Of a DNA stretch of 37,390 nt, positions 1 through 8,463 are shown one piece after another. Numbering within the stretch: the first letter of the stretch is position 1; each line of letters starts with the position of its first letter. Below the pieces are notes generated by a model. The model did not search any database. It had not been told where the DNA came from and was given only the letters and a program-made list of their open reading frames with translations. Position numbers and translations under genes: made by a program. Source of the DNA: an uncultured Rhodospirillaceae bacterium (lineage in GTDB: Bacteria; Pseudomonadota; Alphaproteobacteria; UBA9219); assembly GCA_964559415.1 (NCBI GenBank), contig CAZLIG010000001.1, forward strand, positions 1-37,390, in the 5' to 3' direction.

Positions 1-678
1 AGGCGCTTCGGACACGCGCACATTGCGAGGGATAACCGTCTCGTAAACCTTGTCGCCGAAATATGCCCGAACATCGCTGGCTACCGCATCCGACAAGCTG
101 TTGCGCTTATCGTACATCGTTAGAACGACCCCCTGAATCTCGAGGTCGGGATTAAAGCGCGAACGAATGGCCTCAATCGTTTGAAGCAAGCTGGACACGC
201 CTTCAAGAGCATAAAATTCAGGCTGCAACGGGATTAAAATCGCATGAGCCGCCACAAGCGCATTAAGCGTAATGAGATTGAGCGACGGCGGGCAATCGAT
301 AAAAACGACGTCGTAATCCTTCGCGCTGCGATCGAGCGCATCCTTCATGCGCGACTCGCGACGATCCGTAGTCACAAGCTGTATCTCTGCCCCGGCCAAA
401 TCGGTCGATGACGTTATAACGGAAAGACTGGGGACGTTTGTCGGCTTCGCGACATCCTCAACGGACATTCCGTCGAACATAAGCTCATAAGTCCCGGTGC
501 CGCGTTCGGCCCGCACAAACCCAAGGCCCGTCGACGCATTCCCCTGGGGATCGGCATCAACAACAAGAACTCGCTTTCCAACGGCAGCAAGCGCCGTCGC
601 GAGGTTTACTGTAGTGGTGGTTTTCCCAACGCCGCCCTTTTGGTTTACGACAGCTATGATGCGGCAGTCAGAAGTCAT
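1..678 (-). CDS. parA: ParA/Soj-family chromosome partitioning ATPase (C-terminus cut by the window edge)
   Basis: Not in the ORF track because it runs off the left edge. My reverse-strand translation from the ATG at 678 gives MTSDCRIIAVVNQKGGVGKTTTTVNLATALAAVGKRVLVVDADPQGNASTGLG, which contains the deviant Walker A KGGVGKTT. It lies 8 nt downstream of the rsmG stop, as in the conserved mnmG-rsmG-parA array. Confidence 0.9.
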   Translation of the reverse strand, partial: MTSDCRIIAVVNQKGGVGKTTTTVNLATALAAVGKRVLVVDADPQGNASTGLGFVRAERGTGTYELMFDGMSVEDVAKPTNVPSLSVITSSTDLAGAEIQLVTTDRRESRMKDALDRSAKDYDVVFIDCPPSLNLITLNALVAAHAILIPLQPEFYALEGVSSLLQTIEAIRSRFNPDLEIQGVVLTMYDKRNSLSDAVASDVRAYFGDKVYETVIPRNVRVSEAP

Positions 679-685
679 GTTGGTG

Positions 686-1324
686 TTAGTGCCTGCGTCG
701 GAGATTTTTTATGACGAGAATCCGCCCGGAATCGTCGCTCCGGCTGGGGTAAATATCGGCATCGAATGTCCAATATTTTTTAGCATCTGTCAATTCTTCA
801 CTCAGGCTCTTGCCCTTTAAGAACAAGCAGATAGTTTCTTTTTTCATCAAGGGCTTGGCGTATTTTAAAAGCTCGGGAAGGGCTTTAACCGCGCGAGCCG
901 TGATAACATCCGCCTTAATATCGCGAATACTCTCGGCGCGCTCACGCCGGACGACAACGTCAAGCCGCAACTGATCGACAACAGCCTGAAGAAAGTCGGC
1001 CTTTTTCCCTACACTCTCGATCTCATAGATGCGCAGAGGCTTTTTTTTCTCCGCTGCAAGAATAGCCAAAACGAGTCCCGGGAATCCCGCCCCCGCACCC
1101 ACGTCAGCCAGCACGCGCGCCCCATCGGGAATAAACGGCATGAGTTGGGCGCTGTCCAAAAAATGGCGAGTATAAATGGCAGGGAGTGTGCTCTCGGAGA
1201 CGAGATTGAATTTTTCATTCCACTGAATTAATGAATCTCTGTACAGATTTAGCCTGTGGATAGTTTCACAGGTAACCGGGCAGGCAGAGAGAAACCTTTC
1301 TTCGTCCTGAGTCATGGGATACAA
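686..1324 (-). CDS. rsmG: 16S rRNA (guanine527-N7)-methyltransferase RsmG/GidB
   Basis: 212-aa ORF with the SAM-binding motif VLADVGAGAGFPGLVLAI. Its size and its position between mnmG and parA are typical. Confidence 0.9.
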   Translation of the reverse strand: MYPMTQDEERFLSACPVTCETIHRLNLYRDSLIQWNEKFNLVSESTLPAIYTRHFLDSAQLMPFIPDGARVLADVGAGAGFPGLVLAILAAEKKKPLRIYEIESVGKKADFLQAVVDQLRLDVVVRRERAESIRDIKADVITARAVKALPELLKYAKPLMKKETICLFLKGKSLSEELTDAKKYWTFDADIYPSRSDDSGRILVIKNLRRRH

Positions 1325-1342
1325 CCGTTCCGGAAATAAGGG

Positions 1343-3205
1343 CTACCCTACCCCGTTTCCCTTTCTTTTCACATAGCGCAGAAGCGCTATCACCGCTGCT
1401 GGGGTCACGCCCGGGATACGGGCCGCCGCCCCTAAAGTCTCGGGGCGGATTTGACGAAGCTTCTGCCGTATCTCTGTCGACAGGCTTCCAATTTCATCTA
1501 TATCGATATCCTCGGGAAGAAGCAGCGCCTCGTCCTTCTGGAAAGCCCGGATATCGATGTCCTGACGCTCCAGATACCCCGCATATTTCCCCTCGATCTC
1601 AAGCTGCTCCGCAACCTCTGGCGAAATTCCGACAAGTTCAGGCCAAACATCGGTAAGCTTCGAGAGCGAAATATCTCCGTAAGAAATAAGCTCCAGCGCA
1701 GATCGAACAACGCCATCCGCATTAACCCGAATTTCCTTGGCAGCAAGTTTATTAGGCGACGCCTTTAAATTACCCATAAGCTGTCGAGCATCGGAAAGCG
1801 CCCGCACCTTCTCGGTAAAAGCCTTCTGCCGAGCACCCCCAACACATCCGATCTCTATGCCTCTCGGAGTTAGTCTCTGATCTGCGTTGTCTGCCCTTAA
1901 CGTCAGCCTGTACTCTGCCCTTGACGTGAACATCCGGTAAGGCTCGTTGACCCCTTTAGTCACCAAATCGTCAATTAACACGCCAATATATGCCTGAGAC
2001 CTGTCTAAGGTGAATGCTGGCCGTCCCCCGGCCTTCAGAGCGGCGTTGAGCCCCGCCATTAAGCCCTGCGCCGCCGCCTCTTCATACCCAGTCGTCCCGT
2101 TGATTTGCCCCGCAAAGAAAAGCCCTGGCACCCGCTTAGTCTCTAGCGTCGGCTTTAGCTCGCGAGGATCGCTATAGTCATACTCGATGGCATACCCGTA
2201 TCGAACAACCCGCACCTCGGCGAGACCGCCAATCGACCTGATAAAGGAATCCTGGACATCAATCGGCAAAGAGGTCGCAATGCCGTTCGGATAGATAGTG
2301 TCATCACCAAGCCCTTCAGGCTCAAGGAAAATTTGATGCCTTTCCTTGTCGGCAAACCGAACGACTTTATCTTCTATCGACGGGCAATATCGAGGCCCAC
2401 GGCTTTTAATCTGACCCGAATACATCGGGGCGCGCTGTAAATTCGCCCGAATGATTTCGAGTGTTTTGTCGGTTGTATGAGTAATCCCACAAGCAACCTG
2501 AGGGTTGTATATCTTGGTAGTTAGCGTCGAAAACGGAACCGGAAATTCATCTCCCGGCTGCATCTCCATCCCGCTCCAATCAATGGTCTTTCCGTCCAAC
2601 CGCGCCGGAGTCCCTGTCTTCAGCCTCCCTAGCGCAAACCCCACCCGCTCAAGCGCAAAACTCAACCCACACGATGGAGGCTCATCGATCCTGCCCGCCG
2701 GAGTTTGCGTCTCTCCCTGATGAATAAGCCCCCGAAGAAACGTCCCTGTCGTGATAACAACGCATCGCGCATAATAACTCGCTCCTGACGCCGTAATTAC
2801 GCCGGATATTTCACCATCCTCCGAAACAATAATATCTTCAGCGGGATCAGCCTTAATCTCAAGGTTATCCTGCCCCAAAAGCGCTGAGAACATCGCCTGC
2901 CGGTAAAGCTTTCGATCCGCCTGAGCCCTAAGCCCCTGAACCGCAGGCCCCTTGCTCCGGTTTAGCACACGGAACTGGATGCCGGCTGCATCGGCAACAC
3001 GCCCCATAACGCCGTCCAACGCATCAATCTCCCGTACCAGATGCCCTTTTCCAAGCCCGCCAATAGCAGGGTTGCACGACATCTCGCCGATAGTCTCCAA
3101 CTTATGCGTCAGCAAAAGGGTTCGAGCGCCCGTTCTGGCTGCAGCCGCCGAGGCTTCGCAACCGGCATGACCGGCTCCAATCACAATGACATCATACGAG
3201 AACAT
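1343..3205 (-). CDS. mnmG: tRNA uridine 5-carboxymethylaminomethyl modification enzyme MnmG/GidA
   Basis: N-terminal FAD fold [15 protein letters not shown] plus family-typical blocks ([23 protein letters not shown]). I place the start at the ATG at 3205 ([10 protein letters not shown]) rather than the track's TTG at 3250. Confidence 0.95.
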   Translation of the reverse strand: MFSYDVIVIGAGHAGCEASAAAARTGARTLLLTHKLETIGEMSCNPAIGGLGKGHLVREIDALDGVMGRVADAAGIQFRVLNRSKGPAVQGLRAQADRKLYRQAMFSALLGQDNLEIKADPAEDIIVSEDGEISGVITASGASYYARCVVITTGTFLRGLIHQGETQTPAGRIDEPPSCGLSFALERVGFALGRLKTGTPARLDGKTIDWSGMEMQPGDEFPVPFSTLTTKIYNPQVACGITHTTDKTLEIIRANLQRAPMYSGQIKSRGPRYCPSIEDKVVRFADKERHQIFLEPEGLGDDTIYPNGIATSLPIDVQDSFIRSIGGLAEVRVVRYGYAIEYDYSDPRELKPTLETKRVPGLFFAGQINGTTGYEEAAAQGLMAGLNAALKAGGRPAFTLDRSQAYIGVLIDDLVTKGVNEPYRMFTSRAEYRLTLRADNADQRLTPRGIEIGCVGGARQKAFTEKVRALSDARQLMGNLKASPNKLAAKEIRVNADGVVRSALELISYGDISLSKLTDVWPELVGISPEVAEQLEIEGKYAGYLERQDIDIRAFQKDEALLLPEDIDIDEIGSLSTEIRQKLRQIRPETLGAAARIPGVTPAAVIALLRYVKRKGNGVG

Positions 3206-3334
3206 CGCGGACAAATAAGGGAAACAGCCCACAAAATCAACAAAAACCAATCAAAAACGCACTAATTAATAATATCGTTATCATTATTCCGTACACTTGG
3301 ATCATACGAACAACTCCCTTTATTTTGAGGGAAA

Positions 3335-3994
3335 ATGGGACGGTTATTAACGCTTGAGGATTTGCAAAAGCAATTTGACATGACGCGCGACACGTTAGCT
3401 CTCGCGCGCAAAGCGATTCTTGACGCATCGCCCCTGCCCCCGGACTTTTCTCGAGATAGCTACAGTTTCTCGTACTTGCGCGCCGAACGCATCGGCATGG
3501 CCATCATTACGAACCGCCTCGAAGATATATCGTTTCTCCCGATGCACCTTGATCCTCGTGTCGAAATCATGATGGAAAGCAAGACCTCCATCAAGAAATG
3601 GCTTGGGTCGTCCTCCCATGACCAGCCAGATAGCGCATGTTTTGGAAACGACTTCATTCACGCTTTAACCCGCGTAGCCATCACCTTCGGCTGGCAAAGC
3701 CCCGAATTCAGATCTATGGCGCATCGCATAGGCGAGTTGTTCCACGACCTCTCTTGTCTCATCGGATTAATTTACTATGGGGTTTGGATGGCCGAAAACG
3801 GCATCGGCGGTGTGTTGGTTTCCGATCCTTACGATCTCGAGCGCACGGCACGGGAGATATTTGACCTCACCATGTCGCCTGAGGTGCTAGAGCTTATCGC
3901 CGACAATAAGCGCGCTACACAAAAAACAACACCGTCGTTACACATTGTCCCCGATATGGACCCGGAAACTCATATGCCGCCGCCGATCTCGTAG
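3335..3994 (+). CDS. hypothetical protein, no domain recognised
   Basis: 219-aa ORF in an otherwise empty stretch, divergent from mnmG and co-oriented with the downstream GGDEF gene. The composition looks protein-like, but I see no motif I can name. Confidence 0.5.
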   Translation: MGRLLTLEDLQKQFDMTRDTLALARKAILDASPLPPDFSRDSYSFSYLRAERIGMAIITNRLEDISFLPMHLDPRVEIMMESKTSIKKWLGSSSHDQPDSACFGNDFIHALTRVAITFGWQSPEFRSMAHRIGELFHDLSCLIGLIYYGVWMAENGIGGVLVSDPYDLERTAREIFDLTMSPEVLELIADNKRATQKTTPSLHIVPDMDPETHMPPPIS

Positions 3995-4094
3995 CTGAAA
4001 ATCTTAATAGCGCACGGCGTTAAAGACTTCCTTACCAGTCTCTGTATATTCTATTCCGACCTGCAATATTTGGGTGAGCGTCCCAAAAGGCATA

Positions 4095-5459
4095 ATGAAA
4101 AAACACCTTCCCTCTTCGACAAGCACGCGACACGAGGATGTCCGCAATCAGAAACAAAAACCGGAGTCGTCCGACTTCCGTTCCATTTTTGACGACTTTG
4201 TGCAAGGCGTGATTGTTCACAGAAACTTCAAGCCGCTCTATGCCAACAATGCCTTCGCCCGCACATTTGGCTACAAGGACGCAACCGAAATATTAGCCCT
4301 CCCCCTCCTCCGCACACTCGTCCCCGACGATGTGTGGCCCCGTCTGGAAATTGAATATGACGAAATGATGCGGGGCATCAAGGAGTCATACATAGGCCGT
4401 TCAAGAGGCATCCGAAAAGACGGACAAGAAATCTGGTGTGCCGTCACGTTGCGAGCTGTGTCATGGGCCGATGGACCCGCAATGATGCTAACCGCCTACG
4501 ACATTACGCGCCAGGTGGAGCTAGAATACGGCCTTCTCAAAAACGAACAAAAACTCCGCTCCGTTTTGGAAATCCTTCCGTATCCAATCTACATTTCGAG
4601 ACGAGACGACGGGCACATCATGTTCGTCAACAGAAAGAGCTGCCTGCTGTTCCAAAAGAGCGCAGGTCAATTTCTTAAATCAACCGCCATCGAGCTTTTC
4701 GTCGATCCGCAAGACAGGCTGAATCTCCTAAATTTATTTAAAACCGTTTCAGACGTACGCGATATCGAAGTCCGGATGAAAACCTCTCAGGGCCGCGCTT
4801 TTATCGCAGAGCTGGCGTCGATCGCCATAGACTACAACGGAGCGCCGGCCTTTCTCGTAGCGCTCAACGATATCTCGCAACGGAAAATTCTAGAAGCCGA
4901 ACTTTTCCGCCAAGCCTCCATCGACGCGCTGACGGGCATCAACAATCGCGGGCATTTCCAGAGTCTTGCCGAACAGGAAGTTCGCCGTGCGCGGCGCTTC
5001 TCGCGCGACCTCACAGCAATGATGATCGACATCGATCTCTTCAAGCCGATCAATGATACTTTCGGCCATGCCGCCGGAGATGCGGTTATTCAAGGGATTG
5101 TAAAACGTGCGACCGAAAGCCTCCGGCAATCCGATTGTATCGGGCGCGTCGGCGGAGAAGAGTTTGCCGTGATACTGCCTGAAACATCGATCTCCGCAGC
5201 TTACGACGTTGCGGATCGTCTAAGAAAACACATTGAAGAAAAGCCGATCGTCTGCGGACATCAAGCAATCTCATGCACAGTGAGCATCGGTATCGCCCAG
5301 CTTCTCCCAGACGACAGCGGCTTCGACGATATTCTGCGTCGTGCAGACAAAGCTCTGTATGCCGCAAAACAAGCCGGTCGAAACCGCGTAGAACCGAAAA
5401 AGGTTACGGTCGATACCCAACCTACGAATCCTAGAAGAAGGGCCTCTGATCAAAAATAA
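4095..5459 (+). CDS. PAS/PAC sensor diguanylate cyclase (GGDEF domain)
   Basis: C-terminal GGDEF domain with active site RVGGEEFAVILPE and an RxxD I-site (RQSD) five residues upstream. Family blocks DALTGINNR and DIDLFKPINDTFGHAAGD are present, and two PAS-like modules lie N-terminal. I prefer the ATG at 4095 (AAGG upstream) to the track's GTG at 4074. Confidence 0.9.
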   Translation: MKKHLPSSTSTRHEDVRNQKQKPESSDFRSIFDDFVQGVIVHRNFKPLYANNAFARTFGYKDATEILALPLLRTLVPDDVWPRLEIEYDEMMRGIKESYIGRSRGIRKDGQEIWCAVTLRAVSWADGPAMMLTAYDITRQVELEYGLLKNEQKLRSVLEILPYPIYISRRDDGHIMFVNRKSCLLFQKSAGQFLKSTAIELFVDPQDRLNLLNLFKTVSDVRDIEVRMKTSQGRAFIAELASIAIDYNGAPAFLVALNDISQRKILEAELFRQASIDALTGINNRGHFQSLAEQEVRRARRFSRDLTAMMIDIDLFKPINDTFGHAAGDAVIQGIVKRATESLRQSDCIGRVGGEEFAVILPETSISAAYDVADRLRKHIEEKPIVCGHQAISCTVSIGIAQLLPDDSGFDDILRRADKALYAAKQAGRNRVEPKKVTVDTQPTNPRRRASDQK

Positions 5460-5476
5460 GATCGAGGCCCCTCCTT

Positions 5477-6844
5477 TTACTCTTTATCCGTATTTGTCTG
5501 CCCGGACGATGAACTGCGGCGCGCTATTGTGGCACGCTGAACGGTCGGCGTTCCGCCGCCATTCTCATTTCCGCCAGGCTGCCCCATACTGTCGAAGAAG
5601 TCGGCGTTGGTCTTCGAATACTTGAGCTTATCAAGCAAGAACTCCATGGCATCGATGACGCCCATCGGCATAAGCACGCGGCGGAGAACCCACATCTTCG
5701 AAATCGTGGCTTTGTCGACAAGCAACTCTTCCTTGCGCGTACCCGACTTCGTGATATCGATAGAGGGGAACGTGCGCCTGTCCGAAAGCTTGCGATCAAG
5801 AATAATTTCCGAGTTACCTGTTCCCTTGAACTCTTCAAAAATAACTTCATCCATGCGGCTGCCTGTATCAATAAGCGCCGTCGCAATAATCGTGAGAGAC
5901 CCGCCCTCCTCGATGTTACGTGCCGCACCGAAAAATCTCTTCGGCCTCTGCAACGCATTCGCATCGACGCCACCCGTCAACACCTTGCCGGATGAAGGAA
6001 CGACGGTGTTATAAGCGCGAGCCAACCGCGTGATGCTATCGAGCAAAATCACCACATCGCGCTTATGCTCGACAAGCCGCTTGGCCTTCTCGATGACCAT
6101 TTCGGCAACCTGAACATGGCGCGTTGCCGGTTCGTCAAATGTGGAGCTGATCACCTCGCCCTTAACAGATCGAGCCATGTCCGTAACTTCTTCCGGACGC
6201 TCATCGATCAAAAGGACGATGAGATAGACTTCCGGATGATTGGTCGTAATTGCATGAGCTATATTTTGCATCATGACCGTCTTGCCGGTACGCGGAGGCG
6301 CGACAATCAGCCCGCGCTGCCCCTTGCCCAACGGACAAACGAGATCGATGATACGCGAGGTATATTCCTTCTTGGTCGGATCCGGCATTTCAAGTTTGAG
6401 ATGCTTCGTCGGATACAGCGCCGTAAGGTTGTCAAACCCAATACGATGGCGGGCCTTTTCAGGCTCCTCAAAATTGATCGCATTGACCTTGAGTAAGGCA
6501 AAATAGCGTTCTCCTTCCTTGGGAGAGCGAATCTCACCTTCAACCGTGTCGCCGGTGCGTAAATTAAATTTCCGAACCTGTGACGGAGAAACATAGATAT
6601 CATCCGGGCCCGGAAGATAATTCGCCTCAAATGATCGCAAAAAACCAAATCCGTCCGGCAAGACCTCTAAAACGCCTTCGCCAGTGATTGTTTGATTCGG
6701 TTGCTCGCCAACAATTTTTAAAATAGCAAACAACATATCCTGCTTGCGCATGGAACTGGCGGCTTCGACGCCATACTTTTCTGCCATAGCAAGAAGTTCA
6801 GCCGGAGTTTTGGCTTTCAATTCACGTAAATTTGTAGATGTCAT
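5477..6844 (-). CDS. rho: transcription termination factor Rho
   Basis: Walker [12 protein letters not shown]-binding N-terminus ([14 protein letters not shown]) and C-terminal blocks ([31 protein letters not shown]). I place the start at the ATG at 6844 ([10 protein letters not shown]), which is preceded by GAAGGATAAA. The track's 6895 start adds 17 unlikely residues. Confidence 0.95.
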   Translation of the reverse strand: MTSTNLRELKAKTPAELLAMAEKYGVEAASSMRKQDMLFAILKIVGEQPNQTITGEGVLEVLPDGFGFLRSFEANYLPGPDDIYVSPSQVRKFNLRTGDTVEGEIRSPKEGERYFALLKVNAINFEEPEKARHRIGFDNLTALYPTKHLKLEMPDPTKKEYTSRIIDLVCPLGKGQRGLIVAPPRTGKTVMMQNIAHAITTNHPEVYLIVLLIDERPEEVTDMARSVKGEVISSTFDEPATRHVQVAEMVIEKAKRLVEHKRDVVILLDSITRLARAYNTVVPSSGKVLTGGVDANALQRPKRFFGAARNIEEGGSLTIIATALIDTGSRMDEVIFEEFKGTGNSEIILDRKLSDRRTFPSIDITKSGTRKEELLVDKATISKMWVLRRVLMPMGVIDAMEFLLDKLKYSKTNADFFDSMGQPGGNENGGGTPTVQRATIARRSSSSGQTNTDKE

Positions 6845-7253
6845 TTTATCCTTCGTTATCGGGAAATTATGGCGATGCTGTCCGCCATTGGACAAGTTCC
6901 GCCAGTTGTTTTGGTGAGAGTCCGACGGGTAGAAAAATTTTCAGTACGAAAACGACTGCGCCGGAGCACAGCCTCTTTAGACAAACAAGCATCTAAAGTC
7001 AAGAAGTCCTTGCGGCACAGGCCTTAACCAAAACTATATTATTCATTCTCCAAAAGTTTTCTGATCCTGGAAGACAAAAACAGAAATTTTTATTCATAAT
7101 CATTAATAAAAAAGAGAGATTAATTTTATTGTCTCGTTAACCATTCTTATCTCGAAAACTTAATCCTTTTTTCCCTCGAAGACAAACTTTTCCCACTCTC
7201 TTCACCTAATAAGAATCTTATAAATAGATAGTAGAAGTAAGTTGGTACAGTGG

Positions 7254-7266
7254 GTTATGGGGATAA
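7254..7266 (-). promoter_or_regulatory. DnaA-box-like site (TTATCCCCATAAC on the minus strand)
   Basis: The plus strand reads GTTATGGGGATAA. Its reverse complement is identical to the 13-mer at 7535-7547. The core TTATCCCCA has one mismatch to TTATCCACA. Confidence 0.5.
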
Positions 7267-7391
7267 AAAAGACATAAAAGGTGATACCCAAGTTGCGCAC
7301 AAAATTTTTACGTTTCATAAACCCAAGTTAATTTTTGTTCATTGTTCGTAATTATTTATTAATCCTTATTAAACTATGGGTTGGATAACTC

Positions 7392-7400
7392 TGTGGAAAA
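7392..7400 (-). promoter_or_regulatory. DnaA-box-like site (TTTTCCACA)
   Basis: The plus strand reads TGTGGAAAA, one mismatch to the reverse complement of TTATCCACA. It is adjacent to a weaker box, TTATCCAAC, at 7380-7388. Confidence 0.4.
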
Positions 7401-7534
7401 CGGGGAAAAGTCGACCTCCAAACTTATCCCAGTTATTAACAAAGAGTAAATCATCGTTAACCAAGTTGGTGATAAAAGTATGAACGATTTTGTACGAAGA
7501 GTATAAAAAACGCCACCAGATCAAAATACCCCAC

Positions 7535-7547
7535 TTATCCCCATAAC
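7535..7547 (+). promoter_or_regulatory. DnaA-box-like site (TTATCCCCATAAC)
   Basis: Exact 13-nt inverted copy of 7254-7266. It lies 12 nt upstream of the DUF299 gene start. Confidence 0.5.
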
Positions 7548-7558
7548 TCATAGGTTCT

Positions 7559-8383
7559 ATGTCGTATCACATCCATCTCATTTCCGACTCGACCGGAGAA
7601 ACCATCGCATCGGTCGCAAAAGCTTGTTTAGCTCAGTTTGAAGATGTCGATGTCAAAAAGCACTACTGGAGCCTTATCCGTTCCGAACGCCTTCTAAAAA
7701 TGGTTCTCGACGGCGTGCGTGATAACTATGGCCTCGTCCTCTACACCTTCGTGGATCAGGATCTGCGAATGATGCTCGAACAATACTGCGATGAAAACGA
7801 CATACCTTGCGTTTCAGTGTTGAGGCCAATCTTAAGAGGACTTATTTCCCTATTTGGCAAACAACCTGCCCATAATCCGGGGCGCCAGCACACGCTGGAT
7901 GCCAACTACTTCGCCCGAATAGATGCGATAGACTTTGCAATGGCTCAAGATGATGGTCACGGCCAGGAAAAGCTATCAGACGCCGATGTTATTGTCATAG
8001 GCGTTTCGAGAACCTCCAAAACGCCGACGTGTATGTATTTAGCGGGCAGGGGCATTCGAGCGGCAAACGTCCCCTTTGTGCCTGGCCGCGAAATGCCAGA
8101 GTTTGGCAGGATGGAAAAGCCGCTTATTGTGGGTCTAACGAAGGATGTGGATAATCTGGTGGCAATCCGGCGAAATCGCCTGAAAATGCTAAAGGAACAT
8201 CACGAAACGGCCTACACGGACCCCGAGACTGTTCGTGAAGAACTGCTGGAGGCGCGCCGTTATTTCGCCAGGCTCGAATGCCCCGTAATTGATGTCTCCC
8301 GCAGATCCATAGAGGAGACGGCGGCAGAGATAATGATGCTTCTCTCGCGAAAAAGAGACGGCCTGAAGAATCCGGAAGCGTAA
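7559..8383 (+). CDS. putative pyruvate,phosphate dikinase / PEP synthase regulatory protein (DUF299 kinase-phosphorylase, RP001-like)
   Basis: 274-aa ORF. It has the N-terminal block HLISDSTGET and the P-loop-like GVSRTSKTPT characteristic of the DUF299/PSRP-PDRP family. Confidence 0.88.
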   Translation: MSYHIHLISDSTGETIASVAKACLAQFEDVDVKKHYWSLIRSERLLKMVLDGVRDNYGLVLYTFVDQDLRMMLEQYCDENDIPCVSVLRPILRGLISLFGKQPAHNPGRQHTLDANYFARIDAIDFAMAQDDGHGQEKLSDADVIVIGVSRTSKTPTCMYLAGRGIRAANVPFVPGREMPEFGRMEKPLIVGLTKDVDNLVAIRRNRLKMLKEHHETAYTDPETVREELLEARRYFARLECPVIDVSRRSIEETAAEIMMLLSRKRDGLKNPEA

Positions 8384-8463
8384 CGCAAAATTTGTGAATA
8401 AAGTGTTGGCACGGAACGATATCTGCGTTAAGAAGTCCTTAACGTTGCTTCCTTCCAAGACCT

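Larger units (their letters stand above)
7020..7558. other. putative chromosomal replication origin (oriC): AT-rich gene-free region with DnaA-box-like motifs
   Basis: This is the most AT-rich stretch of the window and has no credible ORF. It lies immediately upstream of the DUF299 (RP001-type) gene, which flanks the origin in Caulobacter. DnaA-box-like 9-mers are TTATCCCCA (7535-7543 on + and 7258-7266 on -), TTTTCCACA (7392-7400 on -) and TTATCCAAC (7380-7388 on -). A/T tracts occur at 7081-7130. Genes to the left are on the - strand and genes to the right on the + strand. Confidence 0.55.

Noticed and set aside
3335-5459. The orphan ORF plus GGDEF cyclase as a cyclic-nucleotide anti-phage signalling (CBASS-like) pair
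   Set aside because: The cyclase is a standard PAS-sensor GGDEF with an intact I-site, not a CD-NTase. No effector domain (nuclease, phospholipase, TIR or TM pore) is recognisable in the partner. An ordinary c-di-GMP signalling protein is the more economical reading.
7062-7070. TGATCCTGG as a DnaA box, along with TTATCTCGA at 7147-7155 and TTATCCCAG at 7424-7432
   Set aside because: They have three or more mismatches to TTATCCACA, which is too weak to count as evidence on their own.
7359-7372. TTAATCCTTATTAA as a full CtrA site (TTAA-N7-TTAA)
   Set aside because: The spacer is 6 nt, not 7, so it does not fit the canonical full-site geometry. It is kept only as background AT-rich sequence.
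7369-7551. 60-aa minus-strand ORF inside the AT-rich rho/DUF299 spacer
   Set aside because: It is short and Ile/Lys/Phe/Tyr-rich as expected from AT-rich non-coding DNA. It overlaps the DnaA-box-like sites, and nothing supports it as a gene.
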